Source of the DNA: a virus
Taxonomy: Duplodnaviria > Caudoviricetes
IMG/VR virus record: IMGVR_UViG_3300046725_000025
Span: 1 to 26,849 of that record
DNA length: 26,849 nucleotides
Reading direction: 5' to 3' (one strand)
This document shows, piece by piece, positions 7,687 through 15,127 of the stretch. A program made the position numbers and the translations under genes. Every line of letters starts with the position of its first letter. The first letter of the stretch is position 1. The notes below the pieces were generated by a model that saw only the letters and a program-made list of their open reading frames with translations, was not told where the DNA came from and did no database searches.

Positions 7687-8298
7687 ATGTCTACCCGTGC
7701 AACTTATCGCTTTGAAAAGCGATTGCGCGCGCATGGCCCAAGCCATCCGGCGCTAACTCTCTACATCCACCATGACGGCTACCCGTCCGGCGCTGCCGCG
7801 TATTTTTGGGCGGCGCATCACTTTGAAACGCGCGGCTGCTTTGCGGAGGCATTCATTCGCGCCAATGATCGCGCGGAGCTAACCGACTCGCACCAAGTGC
7901 ATGGCGATACGGAATATCGCTACAGCCTCACCGATGGCGTACTAAAAGCCGAAAAGGGTTTTTATGATTCCACCGACACAAAGCAATGGCGCACGATCTT
8001 TGAGGGGCCTTATTGGCAATTTATAAACGCCAATCCCGAAAGCATCGAAGGGTTTACGCCGATTCGCGAAATCCCTAGCACATGGGGACCGCCCTCGTTG
8101 CTATCGCGTCAGCAAGTCGAGGCAAACGTCACACGCGCGCGCAATGAACTGGACAGTTACCGCGCGCGATTCCCGGAGCCATCGGGCAACTTGAACGGCT
8201 GCGAACGTCAAGTCGAACGCGCGCAACAAATCCGCGCGGAGTATGACGCGGCGCAAGCGTTTGAAGGCCACGCGGTAGCGTCTGAGGTGCAGCAATGA
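7687..8298 (+). CDS. Conserved phage early protein (MSTR...YxHxDGYP family)
   Basis: MSTRATY...LYIHHDGYPSG...HGDTEYRY; function unknown. Confidence 0.8.
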   Translation: MSTRATYRFEKRLRAHGPSHPALTLYIHHDGYPSGAAAYFWAAHHFETRGCFAEAFIRANDRAELTDSHQVHGDTEYRYSLTDGVLKAEKGFYDSTDTKQWRTIFEGPYWQFINANPESIEGFTPIREIPSTWGPPSLLSRQQVEANVTRARNELDSYRARFPEPSGNLNGCERQVERAQQIRAEYDAAQAFEGHAVASEVQQ

Positions 8299-8723
8299 GC
8301 GCCTTTGTTGTCGATCAAGCCCACATTAACGCCATTGTGACGTGGGCGAATCACTACCGCCGTCAATTGTCATCCGACACGATGGCTGATGACCCGGAGC
8401 GCTTAGGCCAGCTATTGCTGGATGCGAACATAGCGAGCGTTAACTATCGCTATGCACACAAGCCAGAGGCGCAAAGCGAGCCGGAAAAGTTCGTGTGGCG
8501 TCCATCGCGCGCGCGTGAACTGACGGCCGTCGAAGCCATCAAAGCGTTGCAATGCTTGGACTATCAATCGTGCGAAGTGCAGGACTGGCGCGCCTCACGC
8601 GAAGCGAAAATCATTAGCGCGCTGAAATCCGTGGCCATTAGTGAATTGCCCGGTTACGACGCGGCACCGTGGGCGATAGACGAGGACAAGCCACTACCGC
8701 GCACGAATCACGCAACGCACTGA
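8295..8723 (+). CDS. Conserved hypothetical protein (MSAF...SVNxRY...YQSCE family)
   Basis: ATGA overlap, GAGGT upstream; its TGA stop lies in the HHR2 core. Confidence 0.8.
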   Translation: MSAFVVDQAHINAIVTWANHYRRQLSSDTMADDPERLGQLLLDANIASVNYRYAHKPEAQSEPEKFVWRPSRARELTAVEAIKALQCLDYQSCEVQDWRASREAKIISALKSVAISELPGYDAAPWAIDEDKPLPRTNHATH

Positions 8724-8766
8724 CGAGCCGGGAACGGCGAAACGCGCACGGATGCGCGTCTGCGTT
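8714..8766 (+). ncRNA. Hammerhead ribozyme, type I (HHR2)
   Basis: Stem I AACGCA/TGCGTT, core CTGACGA, stem II GCCG-GGAA-CGGC, GAAA, stem III CGCGCA-CGGA-TGCGCG, GTC with predicted cleavage after C8760. Confidence 0.93.
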
Positions 8767-8787
8767 TTAACTTGAGGAGCTGAAGCC

Positions 8788-9075
8788 ATGCCCAAAATTC
8801 GTTTCATTGTAGAGACTGTCACCAGTGCGCCCGACGCGAGCGGGAATAGTTACCACTTCGCGCGCATCACATCGACCGCGACCGGCAAATATTTGCGCCT
8901 TGAAACGGGGGGCGTCAATAACGCGCTTTCCTTCGTCAATGGCATTTGTGACGGCGAGCAAATTTATTGCGCGAACCTGACGCTGCCGAAAAAACAATGG
9001 AGCGCACAAGCGCGCCGCGTTGACCGCTACGAGCACACGACAACAGAGGCCGACGTATTGGCGCTAGAACACTAA
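8788..9075 (+). CDS. Early hypothetical protein
   Basis: 95 aa after GGAGCTGAA; D.SGNSYHF motif. Confidence 0.8.
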   Translation: MPKIRFIVETVTSAPDASGNSYHFARITSTATGKYLRLETGGVNNALSFVNGICDGEQIYCANLTLPKKQWSAQARRVDRYEHTTTEADVLALEH

Positions 9076-9121
9076 CGCTTGAACCTTGCGCACGCGTGAC
9101 GTGCGCAAGCTTGAATCGTTA
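9073..9121 (+). repeat. Intergenic mismatch-hairpin element, copy C
   Basis: TAAC GC TT G AA C CTTGCGCACG cgtga CGTGCGCAAG C TT G AA TC GTTA. Confidence 0.85.
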
Positions 9122-9141
9122 ACCACTGAGGAGCTGAACAC

Positions 9142-9564
9142 ATGAGTACACAAAAGACATTTGCGCGCACTGCGCGCCCAACGCGCTGCCCGTGGCATCG
9201 CATCAATAGCACGCACGAAATCGCGCCCGGTATTTGGAGCGTTAGCACGGAATCGCACGGCGGGATTTTAATCAGCGCCGAACGTCGCGCCGCGATGCCC
9301 GCACACTTGCGCGATATTCCGACGTTTGCAGGCGGCAATGCGTATGAGGAGGACTGTGACGCGGGAATTATTCTGGTCGCGTTTCCTGAGTATTTTCCTG
9401 CCGACTATGTAGAGAATGCGCGCCTTTCGCTGATGCGCTATGACCGCGAGCCGCGCGAGTGGGAAACCGGCCAAGCCTATTACGTGGCACTACGCGCCGC
9501 CGCGCAATTCATCAAGCAGCACGGCATACCGCAAGCCATGCAACAAACGGAGCTATCACTGTGA
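9142..9564 (+). CDS. DUF7007-like protein
   Basis: PW...APGIWSVSTESHGG...S.ER...MP..LR...YEEDC. Confidence 0.65.
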   Translation: MSTQKTFARTARPTRCPWHRINSTHEIAPGIWSVSTESHGGILISAERRAAMPAHLRDIPTFAGGNAYEEDCDAGIILVAFPEYFPADYVENARLSLMRYDREPREWETGQAYYVALRAAAQFIKQHGIPQAMQQTELSL

Positions 9565-9737
9565 GCGCGGCGCAACTGCGGCAACTATTGGCGCACTGCG
9601 AAAAGACACTCGCGTTTTTTGAGGATAATGACTATTTCCCGCACGAGCATGGCAATCGGGAAGTAGGCGAAGCATGGGGGGCCATTGCCGACGCGGTGGA
9701 CATCGCGCGCGAATTAGTGAACAAGGCGAAAGCCTGA
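9561..9737 (+). CDS. Small hypothetical protein (58 aa)
   Basis: GTGA overlap, GGAGCT at 9549; stop abuts hairpin D. Confidence 0.65.
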   Translation: MSAAQLRQLLAHCEKTLAFFEDNDYFPHEHGNREVGEAWGAIADAVDIARELVNKAKA

Positions 9738-9784
9738 CACTTGCACTCTGTGCCCGCTATGCGGGCGCAGACTGGAATTGTTAG
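9734..9784 (+). repeat. Intergenic mismatch-hairpin element, copy D
   Basis: CTGAC AC TT G CA C TCTGTGCCCGC tat GCGGGCGCAGA C TG G AA TT GTTAG. Confidence 0.85.
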
Positions 9785-9818
9785 AATCGACAAACCGTAG
9801 ACAGGAGCTGAACCCAAT

Positions 9819-10034
9819 ATGACACCACAGAAATTTACCAAACTCGTCAGCCAGCTTGCGAAGGCTGAGACTGAGCTAACCCGTGCCATGAACAAGTGGC
9901 ACAAAATTCGTGGCCAGATCAAGCGCGCGGAAAAAACGCTTGATAAGCAATTCAACAACCGCGCGAGTGAAATCGGCGGCAAGTATGACGTGCGCGACTT
10001 GGCCGAACAAACCAACATCACTAAGAGGAGCTAA
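9819..10034 (+). CDS. Small basic coiled-coil protein
   Basis: 71 aa after GGAGCTGAACCC. Confidence 0.75.
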   Translation: MTPQKFTKLVSQLAKAETELTRAMNKWHKIRGQIKRAEKTLDKQFNNRASEIGGKYDVRDLAEQTNITKRS

Positions 10035-10038
10035 CACG

Positions 10039-10380
10039 ATGACGACACAAACCAAACCACGCCACGCCGACGATGCCGTCGATGTGGCGGATATTCTGGC
10101 CAAGCTGCCGCCCGTATGCGCGCACGTACTAGAGCCGCAACACGAGCCGATATTCATCAAGCGCGGCGAGCGTGGCTACTACCCCGCGCACGTTCTCACC
10201 ACTGCCATGCACCGGCACGCGATGACCGTCGAACAAGTTGTAAGCGCGTGGAACGCGCGGCACAACGTCAGCGCGCAGCAAGAGTTGTGCATGTTAATCG
10301 GCTCAATGCGTGGCTGGGAAGTGCCCGGCGCGGACGTTGACTATATGGACGCGATGGACCAGGAGCGCGCCCGTGCGTAA
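10039..10380 (+). CDS. Conserved hypothetical protein (IKRGExGY...GSMxGWxVPGA family)
   Basis: ATG 10039 after GGAGCTAAC; motif recalled from mobile-element proteins. Confidence 0.75.
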   Translation: MTTQTKPRHADDAVDVADILAKLPPVCAHVLEPQHEPIFIKRGERGYYPAHVLTTAMHRHAMTVEQVVSAWNARHNVSAQQELCMLIGSMRGWEVPGADVDYMDAMDQERARA

Positions 10381-10561
10381 CGATAAAAATTCCGCGCCAC
10401 CGGCCAACGAGGGCAGACCGTGGGACGCGGCCGATGACGTGGAGCTAATCGCGCTACTGCGTCAGCGCAAGTCGCTCAAGCAAATCGCCAACAAGCTACA
10501 GCGCACCGAGGAGGGCATATTTGCGCGCATGAGCTACTTCGTCACGCGCATACCGGCGTAG
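10373..10561 (+). CDS. Small Myb/SANT-like HTH protein
   Basis: NEGRPWDAADD..L.......SLKQIANKLQRTEEGIFAR; AGGAG upstream of GTG 10373. Confidence 0.65.
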   Translation: MRNDKNSAPPANEGRPWDAADDVELIALLRQRKSLKQIANKLQRTEEGIFARMSYFVTRIPA

Positions 10562-10592
10562 ATGGAAGTCTTCTCAATTCGCGAATCGAGAA

Positions 10593-10644
10593 TGACGCTT
10601 GCACTCTGCGCCGGTATATATACCGGCGCAGACTGGAATCGTTA
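10593..10644 (+). repeat. Intergenic mismatch-hairpin element, copy E
   Basis: TGAC GC TT G CA C TCTGCGCCGGTA tata TACCGGCGCAGA C TG G AA TC GTTA. Confidence 0.85.
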
Positions 10645-10663
10645 ACCCTGTAGGAGCTGAACC

Positions 10664-11047
10664 ATGAACCGACCCCAACCGAATACCACTGAGGACGAAT
10701 TGTACGAGTGCCAAAATTGCAGCGAGCAATGGACTGAAAGCGAATTGCTGGATATCAAAGACTTCGATCAGCGCGTCGCGCCGGGCGAGCCAACGCCAGC
10801 AGGCGAGTGCCCGGACTGCGGCTGCTTGTGCCAACCTGTTGGCGATGACGATGAAATCGAAATCACCGTCACTGCACAACAACGCGCGACGCTGGTCGCT
10901 GCGCTGCGTTTTTATCAAATGAACGGGCAGGGCGATCCCGATCACCGCAGGGACGAAATTCACGAGCTGGCCACGGCCGACGACGCTGTGATTAGTTTGG
11001 ACGCGGCGGGCATTGGCAAGTTGTTCAATTTGATTCGCGCGAGCTGA
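10664..11047 (+). CDS. Zn-ribbon hypothetical protein
   Basis: CQNC...RVAPGEPTPAGECPDCG; acidic; GGAGCTGAACC start motif. Confidence 0.75.
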   Translation: MNRPQPNTTEDELYECQNCSEQWTESELLDIKDFDQRVAPGEPTPAGECPDCGCLCQPVGDDDEIEITVTAQQRATLVAALRFYQMNGQGDPDHRRDEIHELATADDAVISLDAAGIGKLFNLIRAS

Positions 11048-11095
11048 GAGGCTTGCCGTGCTGCGCCTTCACTGAGGGCGCAGTCGGGAACCCTT
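11048..11095 (+). repeat. Intergenic mismatch-hairpin element, divergent copy G
   Basis: GAG GC TT G CCG tg CTGCGCCTTC act GAGGGCGCAG t CGG G AA CC CTT; keeps TT-G/G-AA with compensatory changes. Confidence 0.7.
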
Positions 11096-11128
11096 CCGGG
11101 AACCATAACCACACGAGGAGCTGAATGA

Positions 11129-11452
11129 ATGAAGACTGTTATTCTCGCAAGCGCACTGCTTGCAATGGCAACGACGGGATGCGTGGTCAACAAAGTATTG
11201 GAGCCAACGGGCGGCAGTAAGGCCGACGGCACGGTGCGAATGTCCTACACGGTGGGCGCATTCGAGCAAGCCAAAGTCGATTTTGGTATGGCGCAATCGA
11301 AGGCCGTGTCTCGCTGCCAAGCATGGGGCTACGAGGGCGCGGAACGGTTCGGCGGTAGCACCAGCGTGTGCAATATGTTCGACGGCTATGGTGGCTGCAA
11401 TCAGTCCACCATCACCATCGAGTATCAGTGCATCGGCAAAATTAAGGAGTGA
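11129..11452 (+). CDS. YecR-family lipoprotein
   Basis: Signal peptide with lipobox-like TTGC; GGSKADGTV.MSY...RCQAWGY..AE.FGG....C...C...EYQC. Confidence 0.8.
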   Translation: MKTVILASALLAMATTGCVVNKVLEPTGGSKADGTVRMSYTVGAFEQAKVDFGMAQSKAVSRCQAWGYEGAERFGGSTSVCNMFDGYGGCNQSTITIEYQCIGKIKE

Positions 11453-11496
11453 CACTTGCACCCTGCATCGGTTCGCCGGTGCAGGCTGGAATTGTT
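11451..11496 (+). repeat. Intergenic mismatch-hairpin element, copy F
   Basis: GAC AC TT G CA C CCTGCATCGG ttcg CCGGTGCAGG C TG G AA TT GTT; UUCG loop. Confidence 0.85.
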
Positions 11497-11518
11497 TCCA
11501 AGATAGGAGCTGAACCGT

Positions 11519-11683
11519 ATGCACTGGCTAATGATCGTAAGCGTTGCCCTGTTTGTCGTCTCGTACCGGGCGCAGCATGACCCCAATCCGTTACTTTGCA
11601 TTGTGACGTTCGTGCTTGGCGCTATTTGCTACATGGCGGGCGTCGAATTAGGCGCACGTCGAAAAGACCGCAAGCGCAAATAA
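11519..11683 (+). CDS. Small membrane protein (54 aa)
   Basis: Hand translation MHWLMIVSVALFVVSY...LLCIVTFVLGAICYMAGV...RRKDRKRK; GGAGCTGAACC start motif. Confidence 0.7.
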   Translation: MHWLMIVSVALFVVSYRAQHDPNPLLCIVTFVLGAICYMAGVELGARRKDRKRK

Positions 11684-11684
11684 C

Positions 11685-11903
11685 ATGGCCTTCACCCTAG
11701 GCAAACTCCGCTACGTGCAGGCGGTCAACGCGTACAAGTACCATGCTCGCGTGCATGGCCTACCCGTGCAACGCATCCGCGAGTCACTATGCCGTCGCGA
11801 GCAGTCCGGCAATTGGGTGCTGGCCAATGAGCACGGCACCGTCGCGACTGTCACGCTGCGATTGCGGGTGACTGTCGCCTCACAATCAAGCGACGAGCCT
11901 TAA
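11685..11903 (+). CDS. Hypothetical protein
   Basis: 72 aa, last ORF before the terminator. Confidence 0.55.
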   Translation: MAFTLGKLRYVQAVNAYKYHARVHGLPVQRIRESLCRREQSGNWVLANEHGTVATVTLRLRVTVASQSSDEP

Positions 11904-11927
11904 GCGCAAAATTTTGGTGAGCCTCTT

Positions 11928-11953
11928 GCCGCCTTCGGGCGGCTTTGTTTTTT
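11928..11953 (+). terminator. Rho-independent terminator of the early operon
   Basis: GCCGCC-TTCG-GGCGGC followed by TTTGTTTTTT. Confidence 0.85.
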
Positions 11954-12110
11954 GTGTCGATCGACAACGGATAGTTGTAAGGTATGAGTCAGTAAGCCGT
12001 GGACTGACGAAAGCCGAGAAACACAAATTTCGCGGGGGAAATGGTGGGGGACGGTATCAACAGATCGTAGAATAGCCTATAAAAATAGGTCTGTTGTGCG
12101 CAAGCGACTC

Positions 12111-12157
12111 GACTCTTAATCAATTGGTCGCAGGTTCGACCCCTGCACGGCCCACCA
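12111..12157 (+). other. attP: attP core: 3' half of tRNA-Lys(CTT)
   Basis: GACTCTTAATCAATTGGTCGCAGGTTCGACCCCTGCACGGCCCACCA = anticodon loop through CCA; no matching 5' half; about 170 nt upstream of the integrase. Confidence 0.85.
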
Positions 12158-12191
12158 ATTTTTCGATCTTAGGGTAGTGTAAGTAGCTGAT

Positions 12192-12204
12192 AATCAACAG
12201 ATTG
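12192..12204 (+). promoter_or_regulatory. IHF-binding site in attP arm
   Basis: AATCAACAGATTG matches WATCAANNNNTTR; near-match TATCAACAGATCG at 12055-12067 on the other side of the core. Confidence 0.6.
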
Positions 12205-12325
12205 ATGACTGGCACCTGGTTCCTGACGTTTCCTGACGTTTCCCCGAAAACCCCTAAAACTTGACTTGGCTGGGGGAAATGTGGGGAAAATCGGTTTCAC
12301 CTACCTGCCTATTGGAGCTGAAATC

Positions 12326-14011
12326 ATGCCTACCGAACCCCTTACCCCGGCCTTCCTCAAGAAGCTGGGCACCAAACCAGAGCATATTGGCGAGACCTAC
12401 CGAGACACAAAAGAGGAGGGGCTATCCGTCCGCACCGGCAAGAACGGAAAACTATCCTTCTATATTCGTATGTCGCTGGACAACGGCGACCGCCCGGAGA
12501 CGAGCTTCTATAAGTGCCGCCCGGCAGAAGTTGACCAGGAGAGGCTAGACAAAATCATCGAGCTAGCTCAGGACCAAAAACGCGAATGGAGGAAACGCGG
12601 GGTGGTGGCTGAAAAGACAGGGCACCCCCTGCGGGAAGTCCTCGATCTAGCCACGGCATTGAAGCGCAAAGGCGATAGGGATATTGGTCGCAGGCGGGGC
12701 GTCAGCAAGACGGGAGGCTTACCGAAAGAATGGCTAAAAACCTACGATAAATTCAGGGCCATGTGCCCAGAACTATTGGACCGTCCCGTTGAGACCATTA
12801 CCAGGGCCGAATACAAGGCGTGTCAGGAACGTGAGGCGCTAAAGCAGGACCACGCACGGGGCGGCTCGCTCACCAAAGACGATTACCTTATGGACAAAAT
12901 CAAGTCGCAGCGACCCATGTGGGCCAATGTTATTCAAGCGCTGGACTACGCGTCTGACGAGGGCTGGATTACGCCGAAGGAAATAAAAAACCTTGTGCCG
13001 CTGCCTTACGATCCCCGCACTCGTTTCCTCTTGCCAGGCGAGTGGCAGATCGTTGCGCCGCTCATTGATAAGTTGCCTAGGGATGGCGGCATGATGCTGC
13101 GATTCTTACTCGCGACCGGCGCGCGCTTGGGTCAAGCGCTAGCGATGAAGTGGGCCGACATCGACGCTATCGAAAAGATCAAAACACCAGACGGCCAAGA
13201 ACACGACACTCGCCTATGGCGTATCCCGCTTCAAAAGCACAACGTGGGGTTAACGATGCTAATAGGTGACTCGCTGGCCATCGTGAATCACTTCAAGCTG
13301 CATCGCGACATCGAGCAGAAAGCCGAACAAGAAGCCGAAAACGAAAGGGCGCGGAATGTGAAGCGCGAAAGCAAAAAAATACCTAAGCGCGACACCGTTT
13401 TCCCCGCAGAGGTCATCTCGATGTGGCGAAGAAACGCATCACGCCACCAACGCAAACTAGATGAAAAGGTGGACGTGGAGACGGACGACGACGACATCGA
13501 AAGCGAACTGGGCATTAGCCGCTGGACTCGCCACGATTTGCGCCGCACCAAGGCGACGTATTCTAAGTACGTGCGAACAAGCCAATACCATGTATCGAAA
13601 ATGCTCTCGCACGAAACCAAGGCCAGCACAGCAACCGGGCAGGATGCCGCGCTCGTTACTGATCGGTACACAATGGACGACGCCTACACTGAACAGATCG
13701 GGACCGATGACGATATTGACACCGATGACGATTACAGCGCTGACATTGCGCTGGCTCACTTACGGGTGCAGGCGCTATTCAGGCAAATGGAACGGGGCGA
13801 GCTATCGCCGGTATTGGCTCGCATTCAGAAAGTGCTTGGCGGGGTAGGCGGTGTCAACACCAACAAAATGCGGGTGCGCTATGGCATTCACGCTTCGTTA
13901 ATCAAGATCAAGGAGGTCACGCCAAAAGCCGCCGCCGCACAAGCCACCCAAAAATCAGGCAATGTCGTAATGGCCACCATGCAACACGAAGCGACACGTA
14001 GCGCCACGTAG
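12326..14011 (+). CDS. int: Tyrosine recombinase / phage integrase (561 aa)
   Basis: Arm-binding-like N-terminus (YRDTKEEGLSVR...SFYIR), LLATGAR, HDLRRT, MLSH, TDRY; ATG 12326 after GGAGCTGAA. Confidence 0.88.
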   Translation: MPTEPLTPAFLKKLGTKPEHIGETYRDTKEEGLSVRTGKNGKLSFYIRMSLDNGDRPETSFYKCRPAEVDQERLDKIIELAQDQKREWRKRGVVAEKTGHPLREVLDLATALKRKGDRDIGRRRGVSKTGGLPKEWLKTYDKFRAMCPELLDRPVETITRAEYKACQEREALKQDHARGGSLTKDDYLMDKIKSQRPMWANVIQALDYASDEGWITPKEIKNLVPLPYDPRTRFLLPGEWQIVAPLIDKLPRDGGMMLRFLLATGARLGQALAMKWADIDAIEKIKTPDGQEHDTRLWRIPLQKHNVGLTMLIGDSLAIVNHFKLHRDIEQKAEQEAENERARNVKRESKKIPKRDTVFPAEVISMWRRNASRHQRKLDEKVDVETDDDDIESELGISRWTRHDLRRTKATYSKYVRTSQYHVSKMLSHETKASTATGQDAALVTDRYTMDDAYTEQIGTDDDIDTDDDYSADIALAHLRVQALFRQMERGELSPVLARIQKVLGGVGGVNTNKMRVRYGIHASLIKIKEVTPKAAAAQATQKSGNVVMATMQHEATRSAT

Positions 14012-14113
14012 ACACAGTTAGCAACCTGTGAATAACAACAAGCTGCCAACCTTAAATCCATCACGCGCAAGGAATTTTTTCGTCTACTGACGCAATACGT
14101 GCATCCCACAGCC

Positions 14114-14140
14114 AGCGCCCTTAATCGGGCGCTTTTTTTT
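14114..14140 (+). terminator. Rho-independent terminator after the integrase
   Basis: AGCGCCC-TTAATC-GGGCGCT plus T-run. Confidence 0.75.
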
Positions 14141-14206
14141 GGGTAAGTTTTTGCCTACACTTCGTCGATAACGCAGCGTCAACGTAGTGACAACAGGGGA
14201 ACCGAC

Positions 14207-14719
14207 ATGAAGCCAGCCACATCGACCATGCTAGAAGTCTGCGAGCAATTGAAGTGTGGCAAAAAGAAGCTGTATGCCTTGATCCGCGAGGAGGGGTTTC
14301 CGAAATTTGGCCGCGTGGGTCGGCGTAATTTTTTCTACGATGACGCGGTGGAGGCGTGGCGGCGCACGCGCCCGGACTATTTTCCGCCTGGCTGCTTTGC
14401 CGATCCCGACGCGCAGGACTTAGACGAGCTGCACCCTTCCATGAAAGACATGCTGCGCAAGGTGCGCGCTGAGAAGGCGGCGCAGGCAAACGCGGATCGT
14501 GAACGGGAGGAGAAAGAGAAGGCGCGGGCTGCTATGACCGCGCGCCAAGAGGCCGACGAGAAGGAGCGCGAACAGGCGGAGCTATGGGAACAACTGAAAC
14601 CCAAAGAGCCGGAGCCGCCCGCCCGGACTAAAGCGCCGCACCGTCCAAGCCTCCTCAATCAGCGGAAGGTGCGCGCCACCCTCAAATGGAACAAGGCCAA
14701 GCTTCGCAAGGGAAAGTAA
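14207..14719 (+). CDS. AlpA/excisionase-like HTH protein with charged C-terminal extension
   Basis: EVCEQLKCGKKKLYALIREEGFPK..RVGRRNFF....VEAW. Confidence 0.7.
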   Translation: MKPATSTMLEVCEQLKCGKKKLYALIREEGFPKFGRVGRRNFFYDDAVEAWRRTRPDYFPPGCFADPDAQDLDELHPSMKDMLRKVRAEKAAQANADREREEKEKARAAMTARQEADEKEREQAELWEQLKPKEPEPPARTKAPHRPSLLNQRKVRATLKWNKAKLRKGK

Positions 14720-15127
14720 TTACTTTCGTTTCCTGTTGCTGTTCTCGGCGTACGCCAGCAGTTTGCTAAAGAGTGCGGTCACTTCGTCGATCGGCACCGG
14801 CACGCGCGCGACGATCAACTTGAACCCCGGCTTGCTGTATTCGCGAATCTCAACCAGCGAGGCGATATCGGCGTCCGCCTCCGTGATCTGAAGTAGCGCC
14901 TCTGGTTTGCAGGCCAGTACTTTGGCGATCTTAGCCAGCGTCGCCTCAGTGGGTAGGCTGCGCATCGTCGTGTACGAGCTAACAGCGTCCTTCGATATCT
15001 TGGCGCGACGTGACAGTTCAGCGGCACTAATTTTCTTGTCGGCCATCCGTTGCACAAGCTGTTGCTTGAATGCCCGGCGCTGCACGCTGGGACCCAAGTC
15101 ATCGTTATCCAATCGGTTCGTCATCAT
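14720..15127 (-). CDS. XRE-family (CI-like) repressor, no evident S24 peptidase domain
   Basis: FKQQLVQRMADKKISAAELSRRAKISKDAVSSY....SLP....LAKIAKVL; divergent from a Cro-like gene; GGAGCTGAA start motif. Confidence 0.8.
   Translation of the reverse strand: MMTNRLDNDDLGPSVQRRAFKQQLVQRMADKKISAAELSRRAKISKDAVSSYTTMRSLPTEATLAKIAKVLACKPEALLQITEADADIASLVEIREYSKPGFKLIVARVPVPIDEVTALFSKLLAYAENSNRKRK

Noticed and set aside
7050-11496. Hairpins as integron attC sites (TAAC...GTT ends, stop codon in TAAC, tyrosine recombinase nearby)
   Set aside because: Mismatches are symmetric with no extrahelical bases; G.T pairs favour the top strand whereas attC folds on the bottom strand; copy G lacks AAC/GTT; the integrase looks like an arm-type phage enzyme with a tRNA attP. 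Disfavoured, though an IntegronFinder run would be the formal test.
7050-11496. Hairpins as intrinsic terminators or a CRISPR array
   Set aside because: No U-tracts; the repeats vary in sequence and are separated by whole genes; no cas genes seen.
12003-12030. Third hammerhead (CTGACGA...GAAAC)
   Set aside because: No stem II or III and no suitably placed cleavage triplet.
12085-12157. Intact tRNA-Lys gene
   Set aside because: Upstream sequence does not supply a proper D-arm or the 5' anticodon stem; only the 3' half matches.
12266-12325. Upstream start of the integrase given in the track
   Set aside because: Overlaps the attP arm repeat; ATG 12326 has the GGAGCTGAA start motif.
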